DNA of 64,000 nucleotides. Source: an uncultured delta proteobacterium. Lineage in GTDB: Bacteria; Desulfobacterota; Desulfobacteria; Desulfobacterales; JAHEIW01. The position numbers were made by a program, and so were the translations under genes. Where the stretch lies: positions 160,001-224,000 of the forward strand of contig CAVPNL010000008.1 in assembly GCA_963706575.1 (NCBI GenBank), read 5' to 3'. The notes under the pieces are model-generated. The model made no database searches. It saw only the letters and a list, made by a program, of their open reading frames with translations, and was not told the DNA's origin. This document shows, one piece after another, positions 8,529 through 18,067 of the stretch (positions are counted from its first letter, which is position 1; every line of letters begins with the position of its first letter).

Positions 8529-10268
8529 CTATCTGAGCCATAACCAGACGAAAGAAATTATACCCGCCACCAGAAACTGGGTTTCAAGCAAAAATTCCAG
8601 TCGTATACCCGGAAACATCAGCGCCCGTTCATACGCAAAAATAATAATCGATATCAGCAAAGGGCATATGACCAGGAAAAAGCCCAGACTCGAGGTCAGT
8701 TGAAAAACACTGGAAATAACCAATATCGCCATCAATACAATCAGCATTATTTTAAGCAGGTGCATTGACCGCTTTTCCCCCAGTATAATCGGGATGGTTT
8801 CTTTACCGACAAGCCGATCGCCCTGCATGTCGAGTATATCGAAAAAGGCGGTTCTGACAAATACCATCCCAACCGCCCACAACGCCACGAGTGCATTTAC
8901 CCAGCTGATGGTGCCGAATTTGGAAAGTGGTGGCAGGACAGCGGTTACCATCCCCCAGGCCATGGCAATCAAAAGCGTTTTTGAGCCGGGGATATCCCTT
9001 AATTTACGATATTTGATGCCAGCCAGCCTTTGCGGAATTATTTTCAGGTTGTAAGACAGCCCCAGAAGGCTCATGATCAACAAGGCCAAAAATGGAAACC
9101 GGCCAATATTGTAAGCGATGATCAGACCGGCCCCGCCCGAAAGCAGCGCTGATATGGCGAGCAGGGTTTTATGACGATCATAGAATTCGGCCCTGTCCGG
9201 ATCATTGAAACGGTCGGCACGGGTGTCCGTCAGATGATTGAGGATGTGCATGGATTGAACGTACAGCATCGAAATTAAAATATAGGGAAACGTCTGATGA
9301 ATTCCCTGAAGTTTGTTGCAGGCATAACACAATGCGCCGGCACCGACGGCCACATAAATATTGGTCAACAACAGTGCGCGCTGGATTTCAAATAAAATAC
9401 GCCGCCAACCCTGTTTGCGTTTGAAAAGCAAGGCCTCTAAAGCCCGGTAGACTTTTTTGATGACCCAGTTGGGTGTGGATGCGCCGGCGGTTATGCCGAT
9501 CTGGCGGGCGCTGGCCAACGCTGCCAGGTCCAGGCCGATCAGATCTTCCTCGCTTTCGATGTGAAAGGCCGGCTTGCCGGTCTGGCGGGCAATATCAACC
9601 AGTCTTTTGGTATTGCCGCTGTTGCGGCCGCCCACGACAATGACCGCATCCACTGATTCAGCCAGGCGTTGAACCTCTGCCTGTCGACGTTCTGTAGAAT
9701 CGCAGATGGTTTCAAAAATTTTATAGTGCGGGTGGTTTTCGGCCGCCCATTTTTTAACAGCACGCCAGAGGTGGGTGTTGAGGGTCGTTTGAGCGACGAT
9801 AATGGCATTTTCAAAGCGGGGCAGCGCTACCAGTTCATCAATATTTTTGGCGACATAGCTTTTATCACCGCCATAACCGTGCAAACCGATAACTTCCGGA
9901 TGATTCTTGTCACCGACGATGATGGAAGCAAATCCCTTTTTCAGGTGCTTTTTGATAATCGTCTGCACCTTTATCACCCGCGGGCAGGTTGCATCGATAA
10001 CGTTAAAACCCACTTCTTCTAACTCATTACGGGTCTCCGGCGGTACGCCATGGGCCCGGATGAGTACCGTACCCGAGCCCTGCTGAGGGGTTTCATTGAA
10101 AGCGGATATGCCTTTTTCTTCCAAAATTTCGAGAACTTGAGGATTATGAATCAGCGGGCCATATGTCGAAATGGGATTCAGGTGTTCCTCGGGGGCATCC
10201 AGCACCATTTCAACTGCCCGGCGAACGCCCATGCAAAATCCGGAAGTTTTGGCAATAATGATTTTCAT
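8529..10268 (-). CDS. ispH: IspH (LytB) fused to a C-terminal UbiA-like membrane prenyltransferase domain
   Basis: N-terminal GFCMGVRRA, LIHN, RAHG, DATCP, AQTT, TICDST, SGNT, ITAGASTP. C-terminal multi-TM domain with NHLTDTRADRFND and DILDMQGDRLVG aspartate-rich motifs. Confidence 0.88.
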   Translation of the reverse strand: MKIIIAKTSGFCMGVRRAVEMVLDAPEEHLNPISTYGPLIHNPQVLEILEEKGISAFNETPQQGSGTVLIRAHGVPPETRNELEEVGFNVIDATCPRVIKVQTIIKKHLKKGFASIIVGDKNHPEVIGLHGYGGDKSYVAKNIDELVALPRFENAIIVAQTTLNTHLWRAVKKWAAENHPHYKIFETICDSTERRQAEVQRLAESVDAVIVVGGRNSGNTKRLVDIARQTGKPAFHIESEEDLIGLDLAALASARQIGITAGASTPNWVIKKVYRALEALLFKRKQGWRRILFEIQRALLLTNIYVAVGAGALCYACNKLQGIHQTFPYILISMLYVQSMHILNHLTDTRADRFNDPDRAEFYDRHKTLLAISALLSGGAGLIIAYNIGRFPFLALLIMSLLGLSYNLKIIPQRLAGIKYRKLRDIPGSKTLLIAMAWGMVTAVLPPLSKFGTISWVNALVALWAVGMVFVRTAFFDILDMQGDRLVGKETIPIILGEKRSMHLLKIMLIVLMAILVISSVFQLTSSLGFFLVICPLLISIIIFAYERALMFPGIRLEFLLETQFLVAGIISFVWLWLR

Positions 10269-10269
10269 T

Positions 10270-10791
10270 TCAGAGCTTTTTAATTTTCATGCGGTTGCGC
10301 CGCTGTTTTTTGGGCAGCCTGCGGGATGGCCCTTTTTTTCTGGTGGTGGGGATCCAGCCCTGGGAATCTTCGGCTTCGCCGATGGGGCTGTCGAAGTGTG
10401 TCGCCATCTCTATCTTCGCTTCGAACTCCTGAGAACTAATCGTTGCTGCACCATTTGCGGCCGCAGAATCGGCGACTTCCCGATCCGAGCTGACCACCAG
10501 GGCCTTTTCGCGTTCCCTGTGTGCCATGCGCTTGATCACATCATCCGCCGATTCCCCGCTGCGAGAAAACCGCATGGAAATTCCTTTTTGTCGGTTGCGT
10601 TGCGGGGAAAAACCTGGACTGTTGCGTCCATCAAAGACCACTGTAATCCGGTGAGGTTTTATTTTGCGGTAAGCCGCCAACATATCCACCAGCGCCTCAC
10701 GACCCAGCATGATGTCCTGCTGATCTAGGGTGCTTAACGTTGTTGATTGGCGGATAAAATTATAACCGTCTATGATGATATGAATGGACAT
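10270..10791 (-). CDS. NYN/YacP-like PIN-domain ribonuclease
   Basis: IIDGYN, VVFDG, ESADDVI, VVSSDREV. Confidence 0.85.
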   Translation of the reverse strand: MSIHIIIDGYNFIRQSTTLSTLDQQDIMLGREALVDMLAAYRKIKPHRITVVFDGRNSPGFSPQRNRQKGISMRFSRSGESADDVIKRMAHREREKALVVSSDREVADSAAANGAATISSQEFEAKIEMATHFDSPIGEAEDSQGWIPTTRKKGPSRRLPKKQRRNRMKIKKL

Positions 10792-10889
10792 CTTTAGAGT
10801 CAATGCTGTTAAATTTGCTGGCTGAATGTTTGTCGTGACCCAGATCTATTGTCTAAAATATTATTAAGTACGGAGGCGTGTTACCCATC

Positions 10890-10956
10890 CGTCACTCCCG
10901 CGCAGGCGGGAGTCCAGTTCAAAGATTCATGGATTCCCGCCTGCGCGGGAATGACG
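10890..10956. repeat. REP-like palindromic doublet (GTCATTCCCGCG...GGGAATGAC family)
   Basis: CGTCACTCCCGCGCAGGCGGGAGTCCA ... TGGATTCCCGCCTGCGCGGGAATGACG; a related single unit lies at 41317-41343. Confidence 0.8.
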
Positions 10957-10976
10957 ATCATTTAGAGGGGACAACA

Positions 10977-11885
10977 CTAGAATTTGGTTTGCTGCAGACG
11001 TTGTATCAGGCGGTCTAAATCGTCATTGCTGTAAAATTCAATTTCAACCCTGCCTGTCTGGCCCCGTTGTTTTATGACAACTTTGGTGCCAAAATGCCGC
11101 GAGAGATCATCCGCCAGGCTGAGCAGGTGAATGTCCTCGGTACTTTTGCGGCTCACCTTCGGTTTTTTCTTTTCGCCTTTCAATGATCGAATCAGCTCTT
11201 CGGTTTCCCTGACGGACAGGTCCCTTTTAACCACCGTCCGCCATGCAGCCATTTGCTGGGTGGTATTTTCGATACCCAGCAGCGCCCTGGCATGCCCCAT
11301 TGTCAGCTTGCCTTCCTGGATGCTGGTCTTAATGGGGTCGGGTAGCTGCCGCAATCTCAAAAAATTGGCAACCGCGGAGCGGCTTTTGCCCACCCGCGCT
11401 GCAACTTTATCCTGCGTCAGATTGAATTCGGTAATCAGACGGTGGTAGGCTTCGGATTCTTCGATGGGGTTGATATTGGCGCGCTGGATATTTTCGACAA
11501 TCGATAGCTCCAATAATTTGGAATCATCGATACGTTTGGTAACAACCGGCACCTGGGTGAGCCCGGCTTTTTTGGCTGCCCGCAAACGCCTTTCGCCGGC
11601 GATCAGCTCATACCCGTCGTTTTCTTCACGGACCAGAAGCGGCTGCAGGATACCCTGTTCTTTAATGGATTGGCAAAGTTCCGCCAATTCATCTTCGTCA
11701 AACTGCATGCGCGGTTGATACCGGTTGGGCCGGATATGTTCAATTTCACAGTAAAAAAAATCTTTGGATTCTTCCTGCGATTTCTCAATTTCCGGGATAA
11801 GTGCACCCAAACCTCTTCCCAGAGCCTGTTTTTTTCGCTTGGTCGGGCCGCCGGCAGACGCTTTCTTGGTTTTTTTCTTTTGCAT
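10977..11885 (-). CDS. parB: Chromosome partitioning protein ParB
   Basis: ALGRGLGALI, PNRYQPR, GILQPLLVR, IAGERRLRA, ENIQR, HTH and GHARAL. Confidence 0.95.
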   Translation of the reverse strand: MQKKKTKKASAGGPTKRKKQALGRGLGALIPEIEKSQEESKDFFYCEIEHIRPNRYQPRMQFDEDELAELCQSIKEQGILQPLLVREENDGYELIAGERRLRAAKKAGLTQVPVVTKRIDDSKLLELSIVENIQRANINPIEESEAYHRLITEFNLTQDKVAARVGKSRSAVANFLRLRQLPDPIKTSIQEGKLTMGHARALLGIENTTQQMAAWRTVVKRDLSVRETEELIRSLKGEKKKPKVSRKSTEDIHLLSLADDLSRHFGTKVVIKQRGQTGRVEIEFYSNDDLDRLIQRLQQTKF

Positions 11886-11925
11886 TGTCTTCCTCTGCAG
11901 CTATTAACTGGAACCTATTTCAAAA

Positions 11926-12000
11926 AAAGTGACTAAAGTGAACTAAAGTATGAAGTGACTAAAGTTAAGGAGTCGCTCGCGCAGCGCTCCATTATTTAAT
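11926..12000. repeat. Nonamer-type repeat arm (AAAGTGACT / AAATGCCT family)
   Basis: AAAGTGACTAAAGTGAACTAAAGT...TCGCTCGCGCAGCG-CTCCAT; related copies at 39948-39965 and 56218-56400. Confidence 0.6.
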
Positions 12001-12046
12001 ATAAAACGGATCGTTTGACCCTGAGGCTCTCGACGGGCAGAATTCA

Positions 12047-12805
12047 TCAGGTTGTTATAATTTCTCTGGCCAGTTCAAAGTAGCTCTGGGCGCCGACGGA
12101 TGTGGCATCGTACAGCAATATGGGTTTCCCAAAGCTGGGCGCCTCGCTTAAGCGGACGTTTCTGGGCACCATGGTTTTAAAAACCAGTTCCTTGAAATAG
12201 TTTTTGGCTTCTTCGGCGACCTGATAAGCGAGATTGGTGCGTTTATCAAACATGGTCAATAAGATTCCGGCAACTTTTAAATCCGGATTCAAGTTGCGCT
12301 TAATGCGTTTTATCGTGTTGAGGAGTTGCCCCAGACCCTCTAGCGCATAGTACTCCGCCTGCAGTGGTATCAATACTGAATGTGCGGCGGTAAGGGCGTT
12401 GACCGTCAGAAGACTCAAGGAAGGCGGGCAGTCCAGAAAAATATAGTCAAATGAATGGTCTAGGCCGGAAATCAAGTTTTTCAAGGCCTTTTCACGATCG
12501 TGTTTGGACATCATTTCGACTTCAAATCCGATCAATTCGACGTCAGCCGGAATTACTTTGAGGGTGGGAATTTCACTGTCCACGATCAGGCTTGACGCAC
12601 CGGCCCGGCCCAGCATGCCATGATAAAGGGTTTTTTCCAACCGGGAGCGATCGATGCCGAGTCCGGAAGTCGCATTTGCCTGCGGATCGCAATCGATCAG
12701 CAGTGTTTTTTTTTCTGAAACCGCCAGAGCGGCCGACAGGTTAACGGCAGTGGTTGTCTTGCCGACGCCGCCTTTCTGGTTGGCTATGCAGATGATGTGG
12801 GCCAT
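12047..12805 (-). CDS. parA: ParA/Soj ATPase
   Basis: NQKGGVGKTTT, DCDPQANAT, DCPPSL, EYYALEG, RLSEAPSFG. Confidence 0.95.
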   Translation of the reverse strand: MAHIICIANQKGGVGKTTTAVNLSAALAVSEKKTLLIDCDPQANATSGLGIDRSRLEKTLYHGMLGRAGASSLIVDSEIPTLKVIPADVELIGFEVEMMSKHDREKALKNLISGLDHSFDYIFLDCPPSLSLLTVNALTAAHSVLIPLQAEYYALEGLGQLLNTIKRIKRNLNPDLKVAGILLTMFDKRTNLAYQVAEEAKNYFKELVFKTMVPRNVRLSEAPSFGKPILLYDATSVGAQSYFELAREIITT

Positions 12806-12900
12806 AATCCGGATGCTCTAACATAAAATTTGGGGTTTGAAAAGAACTTTAAAATATGGCATTTTTGTTCTAACAGTGTTAAACTGGCGCTCAGAGTCAG

Positions 12901-13153
12901 GTCAGAATGCACCGTTTTTGTCGTAATCGAATGCCCTGGGGTAATGGAATGCTGGAATGCTGGAAAGCTGGGTTTGAAGGAGTGAGGATTACATTTATGT
13001 CGATGGCCCTTATCGGATAATAAAATCAGAAGATCATCCGTTTTTCATGCCCAATATTCCATTTTTCCACCGTTCCATTATTCCATTGGTTAATTGGCTG
13101 CAAACACCAGCCCTCTGTGGCGAAACCAAAGCATAGTCCTTTTGGCCGGGACT
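12901..13153 (+). repeat. ~255-bp element with octamer palindromic arms (copy 1)
   Basis: Aligns by eye along its length with 23182-23434; GGAATGCT-type left arm and TATTCCA-type right arm. Confidence 0.75.
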
Positions 13154-13178
13154 TTTTGCTTAAACTGTTTGAATACCA

Positions 13179-14585
13179 ATGATTCGAAAACTCATATATA
13201 TCTGGATTGCGGCTTTATTCTTGTTGACCCAGCTATACCCCCAGGGTGCCCTTGGCATTACCGTCAGTGAAGAAGAGAAGCTCTCCCGGGCGATCCTGCG
13301 CCACATTTATCAGCAGTATGAAATTATTGATGATCCGGAAGTTGTCAATTACGTTAACAAGGTCGGCAATCGCATCGTTGAGGGTCTGCAAGACCCCCTG
13401 TTCAACTATAGATTTCACGTTATCAATGTAGATGCGTATAATGCTTTTGCCATTCCGGCCGGCTATATTTTTATTAATAGCGGGTTGCTGGCGGCCATGG
13501 ACAGTGAAGAGGAGCTGGCCGGCATTCTGGCGCATGAAATTGCCCATGTAAACGCGCGCCATATATCCCAGAAAATCGAAAGATCCAAGAAAATCGGCTG
13601 GGCGACCATGGCGGGCATGGCCGCCGGCATTTTAATCGGAGCGGCCGGTGGGGGAGACGCGGCACAGGCCGTCACAAAAGGCAGCGCGGCTGCCGGGGCA
13701 GCCGCCGAATTGTCCTATAGCCGTGATAACGAAATGCAGGCCGACCAACTGGGCCTGATCTACCTGACGGATGCCGGTTACAGCAGCGAAGGCTTGCTGA
13801 AGATCTTAAAAAAGATGCGCAGCAAACAGTGGTTCGACACCGAACAGGTGCCCACTTACATGCGGACGCATCCGGCGATTGATGATCGCATTGTCTATCT
13901 TGATGCACAGATTTCCGCAACGCAGAAACCCGCCGAGACCAGACCCCGGGGATCTTCAGAAGAATTTTTAAGGGTGCACACCTATCTGATTACCCGATAT
14001 GGCGATGAAAATCTGGTATTAAGGCACCTTCAAACCGAGGTTACGAAATATCCGCAGGATCCGATGGCCCATTACCGTTACGGGCTTATTCTGGCCCGGG
14101 TGGGCCGCAAAGACGAAGCCATAGCGCATCTAAGGACCGCAATGGAAAAGCGGGCATTTGATCCTTATATCCTGAGGGATGTCGGCAGGGTTTATTATTT
14201 GGATGGGCAGTATCAGCAATCATTAAAAATGCTGAAAACGGCTCACCATATGATTCCGGATGATGCGGAATGCGGCCTGTACCTCGGGCAGACTTATATG
14301 GATATGGGATTGTTTGATGAGGCTTCGCCTGTTTTAGAGGAGGTGGTTAAAAAACATCCCGGTTATACCAAGGCTTACCTCATCCTGGGTCAAAGTCTGG
14401 GCAATCAGGGAAATCTGGGAGATGCGCACTATTATCTCGGTATCTACCACACGCGCCGAGGCGACCACAAGACTGCTGTTGTCCAATACCGGAATGCGCT
14501 CAAATATGTCAAGGATCCTGACAGGCGAGCCAAAATAGAAGAGCGCTTAAAACAGTTCGAGGAAGCATTTACCAAAAAGCGCTAA
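13179..14585 (+). CDS. M48 metalloprotease with TPR repeats (BepA/YfgC-like)
   Basis: Signal peptide, [26 protein letters not shown] and C-terminal TPRs. Confidence 0.88.
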   Translation: MIRKLIYIWIAALFLLTQLYPQGALGITVSEEEKLSRAILRHIYQQYEIIDDPEVVNYVNKVGNRIVEGLQDPLFNYRFHVINVDAYNAFAIPAGYIFINSGLLAAMDSEEELAGILAHEIAHVNARHISQKIERSKKIGWATMAGMAAGILIGAAGGGDAAQAVTKGSAAAGAAAELSYSRDNEMQADQLGLIYLTDAGYSSEGLLKILKKMRSKQWFDTEQVPTYMRTHPAIDDRIVYLDAQISATQKPAETRPRGSSEEFLRVHTYLITRYGDENLVLRHLQTEVTKYPQDPMAHYRYGLILARVGRKDEAIAHLRTAMEKRAFDPYILRDVGRVYYLDGQYQQSLKMLKTAHHMIPDDAECGLYLGQTYMDMGLFDEASPVLEEVVKKHPGYTKAYLILGQSLGNQGNLGDAHYYLGIYHTRRGDHKTAVVQYRNALKYVKDPDRRAKIEERLKQFEEAFTKKR

Positions 14586-16618
14586 CTGCGGTCAAAGTGC
14601 GAAAACTGCATCGAAAAGGTTCCGCGGCCCTGGGTTGCAGAGCGCAGGGTTGTCGAATAGCCGAACATTTGTGACAGCGGGACGGTTGCATTGATCACCT
14701 GGGCCCCGCTTTTGTGTTCTATGGATTCAATTTTCCCGCCTCTGGAATTCAAGTCTCCGATGACATCACCCATGAAGGCCTCGGGCACAAAGATCTCCGC
14801 ATTCATTATCGGCTCCAGCAAAAATGGGTTGCCGGCGGTCATGGCCTCTTTACATGCCATTGAGGCACTGACGGTATAGGCCAGTTGGGTCCCAAGTGAT
14901 TCCTTATAATTGGTATTCACCAGTTTGACCTCTACGTCCACCACCGGATATCCCATCAGCGATCCGCTTTCGAGGGATTCCAGAACTCCTTTTTCAAACG
15001 CGGCGATCAACAGGTCCGGCAGAACATCTGTCGAGATTTGGCTGATAAATTTATTCCCGGTTCCCCGGGGCAAGGGTGCCATTTTCACCGAAACTTCTGC
15101 AAAATGGCGCTGCCCGGCGATTTCTTTATCAAAAATGACCGAGGCCGACGATTTTTTTTCGATGGTTTCACGGTAAACCACCTGCGGCTTACCCACATTG
15201 ACATTGGTGCGGAACTCACGCTGCATACGGCTGATAATGATTTCCAGATGTAATTCTCCCATCCCCGATAGGATTGTCTGGGCGGTATCTTCATCTTTTC
15301 GAACGACAAGGGTTGGATCTTCGGCTATAAATTTGGCCAGGACCGCATCTAATTTTTCCTGGTCCGCATGGGTTTTGGGTTCCACCGCAACGGAGATAAC
15401 CGGTTCATAGAACTCGATTTTTTCGAGCAAGACCGGATGCTCATGGTTACACAGGGTTTCGCCGGTTGAAGATTCTTTTAATCCCATCACGCCGACAATG
15501 CGCCCGGCACCTGCGGATTCCATCCGTTCTCGTCGATTGGCATGCATGTTTAATATGCGCGCAATTTTTTCCTTTTCATTGCGGGCGGGATTAAATACCT
15601 CCCCGCCGACCTTGATTCGTCCGCTGTAAATCCGGATAAAGGATAATTTGCGCCCCTCCATCATTGCGACTTTGAAAATCAGGGCGGCCAGCGGTTCGGA
15701 ATCTTTGGGCAGACAGGTAATTATTTCACCGGATTCAGGGTGGGTCCCTTCAATCGGGGGGATATCCGCCGGACTCGGCAAAAATTCGATGATGGCATCA
15801 AGCAGCGGCTGGATACCTTTATTTTTCAAGGCCGCACCGCAGAGCACCGGTACCAGCTTCAGGTCAATCGTCGCTTTGCGTACGGCGGCGAGCAATTTAT
15901 CCGTATCAATGGGCGCTTCCGCCAGATAAGCCTCCATGATATCATCGTCAAATTCCGCCGCGGTTTCGATCAGCTTCTCGCGGTATTCTTCTGCGGTGTT
16001 CATAAATTCCGGCGCGATCTCCTGTTCTTCAAAGTCTACTCCCAGCGTTTCTTCATCCCACAGGATCTGCTTCATGCGGATTAAATCGATAATGGTTTTG
16101 AAATCATCTTCCGTGCCTCCCGGCAGTTGCAGGATGAGGGGTTGGGCCTTAAGGCGCTCTTTCATCATCTTAACCGTGCCGAAAAAATCAGCTCCGACTC
16201 GGTCCAATTTATTGATAAAGGCGATTTTGGGCACATGGTATTTATCCGCCTGGCGCCACACGGTTTCAGATTGCGGCTCCACTCCCTCCACGGCACTGAA
16301 TATACCGATGGCGCCGTCCAGCACCCGCAGGGACCGTTCAACCTCGATCGTAAAATCAACATGTCCGGGCGTATCAATGATGTGAATTTCCGCATTTCCC
16401 CAATGGCAGGTGGTGACGGCGGAAGTAATCGTAATGCCTCTTTCCTGTTCATCGGGCATCCAATCCATCACCGCCTCTCCATCATGGACCTCACCGATTT
16501 TATGGGAGCGACCGGTGTAATACAGAATGCGCTCGGTCACCGTCGTCTTACCGGCATCAATATGGGCGATAATGCCGATGTTGCGTATATTTCCGATTTT
16601 TGTTGCTTTTGTTTTCAT
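14582..16618 (-). CDS. fusA: Elongation factor G (paralog outside the str operon)
   Basis: [48 protein letters not shown]. Confidence 0.93.
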   Translation of the reverse strand: MKTKATKIGNIRNIGIIAHIDAGKTTVTERILYYTGRSHKIGEVHDGEAVMDWMPDEQERGITITSAVTTCHWGNAEIHIIDTPGHVDFTIEVERSLRVLDGAIGIFSAVEGVEPQSETVWRQADKYHVPKIAFINKLDRVGADFFGTVKMMKERLKAQPLILQLPGGTEDDFKTIIDLIRMKQILWDEETLGVDFEEQEIAPEFMNTAEEYREKLIETAAEFDDDIMEAYLAEAPIDTDKLLAAVRKATIDLKLVPVLCGAALKNKGIQPLLDAIIEFLPSPADIPPIEGTHPESGEIITCLPKDSEPLAALIFKVAMMEGRKLSFIRIYSGRIKVGGEVFNPARNEKEKIARILNMHANRRERMESAGAGRIVGVMGLKESSTGETLCNHEHPVLLEKIEFYEPVISVAVEPKTHADQEKLDAVLAKFIAEDPTLVVRKDEDTAQTILSGMGELHLEIIISRMQREFRTNVNVGKPQVVYRETIEKKSSASVIFDKEIAGQRHFAEVSVKMAPLPRGTGNKFISQISTDVLPDLLIAAFEKGVLESLESGSLMGYPVVDVEVKLVNTNYKESLGTQLAYTVSASMACKEAMTAGNPFLLEPIMNAEIFVPEAFMGDVIGDLNSRGGKIESIEHKSGAQVINATVPLSQMFGYSTTLRSATQGRGTFSMQFSHFDRS

Positions 16619-17187
16619 CGTATCAATAGCATATTTGCCTTAATCGGAATTTGCAGATCGATATGACCCGCAAGCGTCACTGATTCATCTCCGTTAATCA
16701 GTATTTTTACCGCCTCGATTTCAGTCACATTCAATACCAGCGAATTGACAATAGAATAGATGCTCAGCAATTCAGATTTTATTCCACCCGGGTGGTTTTC
16801 GACAACAGCAGACGTCAGGTCAAGATAGCAAATGCCCTGCGGGGTCAAATAAACGGCGCGCACGGCCGTCTCCGCAGGGAGGGTGCGCGCCAAGCCCAGC
16901 TGGGGGCCTTTTATCAGTGCTTCTACAATACTTCTGGCAAGAAATTCAGGGTCTTTCGGGCTTTTCAGAACCCGCTCTTCGGCCATCAAGAACCGGTTGT
17001 CTTTGTCCGAAAAATACAAATGGACCGGGGTTGCTTGTGCTGACGCCAGGTCTGCCGGTAGCGGGCTCTTTGCAAGCTGCCTGCGAACCGCCCCTTGTTG
17101 ACCCGACCGCATGATTAACACCAGCAGCAATACGATACCCACCATCAGTGTAGAAACAAAATACCAGATATAGCGCTTTGCGATCAT
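16615..17187 (-). CDS. GerMN-domain membrane-anchored protein
   Basis: N-terminal TM, LYFSD...LIKGP...YSIVNSL...VKILING...LAGHIDL. Confidence 0.8.
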   Translation of the reverse strand: MIAKRYIWYFVSTLMVGIVLLLVLIMRSGQQGAVRRQLAKSPLPADLASAQATPVHLYFSDKDNRFLMAEERVLKSPKDPEFLARSIVEALIKGPQLGLARTLPAETAVRAVYLTPQGICYLDLTSAVVENHPGGIKSELLSIYSIVNSLVLNVTEIEAVKILINGDESVTLAGHIDLQIPIKANMLLIR

Positions 17188-17252
17188 AATGCCGGAGGGG
17201 TCCTTTTGGGTAAAGTTTGCATACCGGTGGCGTCAATTAAAATAGAACCCGA

Positions 17253-17281
17253 TTTTTATGCCAATCACCGGTGGATGTCAA
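17253..17281 (-). promoter_or_regulatory. Possible sigma70 promoter for the GerMN-fusA operon
   Basis: Minus strand TTGACA-17 bp-TAAAAA. Confidence 0.4.
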
Positions 17282-17354
17282 GCATTAGCACTGCCTGCCA
17301 TTTTAGTTTGACTTGCCTCATGCAGGAATGGTATCAGAAGCGTTTTCAGAAAAC

Positions 17355-17383
17355 AAAAAAGGTTAGTCATGGACTAACCTTTT
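17355..17383 (-). terminator. Intrinsic terminator after tRNA-Ala
   Basis: AAAAGGTTAGTC-cat-GACTAACCTTTTTT on the minus strand. Confidence 0.75.
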
Positions 17384-17396
17384 ATCTATCAGTTGA

Positions 17397-17472
17397 TGGT
17401 GGAGCTGATCGGGATCGAACCGACGACCTCATGACTGCCAGTCATGCGCTCTCCCAGCTGAGCTACAGCCCC
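17397..17472 (-). tRNA. tRNA-Ala(GGC)
   Basis: GGGGCTGTAGCTCAGCTGGGAGAGCGCATGACT-GGC-AGTCATGAGGTCGTCGGTTCGATCCCGATCAGCTCCACCA, 76 nt, full cloverleaf with CCA. Confidence 0.97.
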
Positions 17473-17604
17473 ACTTGGTGTTTCCTGTTTTACAGGCGCA
17501 CCTAACAAAAACCGGCAGGGGTGTCAATATTTAATTCAACTATTTACCCTTCCGGTTGCAGCCGTTTAGGAAATCCATAGGAGCCGAAGGGCTGTTGCCA
17601 TCTA

Positions 17605-17633
17605 TTGACAAAACTTTAAATGGCAAATATTAT
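17605..17633 (+). promoter_or_regulatory. Sigma70-type promoter
   Basis: TTGACA-17 bp-TATTAT upstream of ORF 17679. Confidence 0.65.
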
Positions 17634-17678
17634 TAGCATGTTACGTTTTGCATCAGGCATTAGATGGGAGGGATTTGA

Positions 17679-17921
17679 ATGAAATGGGTTGGGAACCCAA
17701 CAGATCCGTTTTCGGATCAGCCAAACAGCCCGGATGCTTACAAGGATTTTGACGCCACCGAGCTTTACTGCCCGAAATGTAAACAGTCGGTACCGGTTCG
17801 CAAACGGCTTCTGCTGATATTGCCGCAAGGTGATAAATACGAATATTTATGTGCCTATTGCGCTGAAGCGGTTGGGACAAAAATTGACAAGCAGGACAAG
17901 CCGCTTACCATAATTACCTAA
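17679..17921 (+). CDS. Small zinc-ribbon protein
   Basis: CPKC...CAYC, GGAGG SD and a good promoter. Confidence 0.7.
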   Translation: MKWVGNPTDPFSDQPNSPDAYKDFDATELYCPKCKQSVPVRKRLLLILPQGDKYEYLCAYCAEAVGTKIDKQDKPLTIIT

Positions 17922-17973
17922 TTTTGGGCTTTCTTTCTTTTACGTTTTTGTAGTATTTTATGAAAAATAACGG

Positions 17974-18050
17974 TTCAGCGGTTTAGGGTTCAGAGGTTCA
18001 GGGTTGAAATAACCCTGAACGTTGAACGTTGTATATTGAACCTTGAACCC
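17974..18050. repeat. Heptamer-repeat palindrome
   Basis: GGTTCAG-type repeats followed by (C/T)TGAAC(C/G)-type repeats. Confidence 0.7.
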
Positions 18051-18067
18051 ACGAGGAGAAAAATTCG

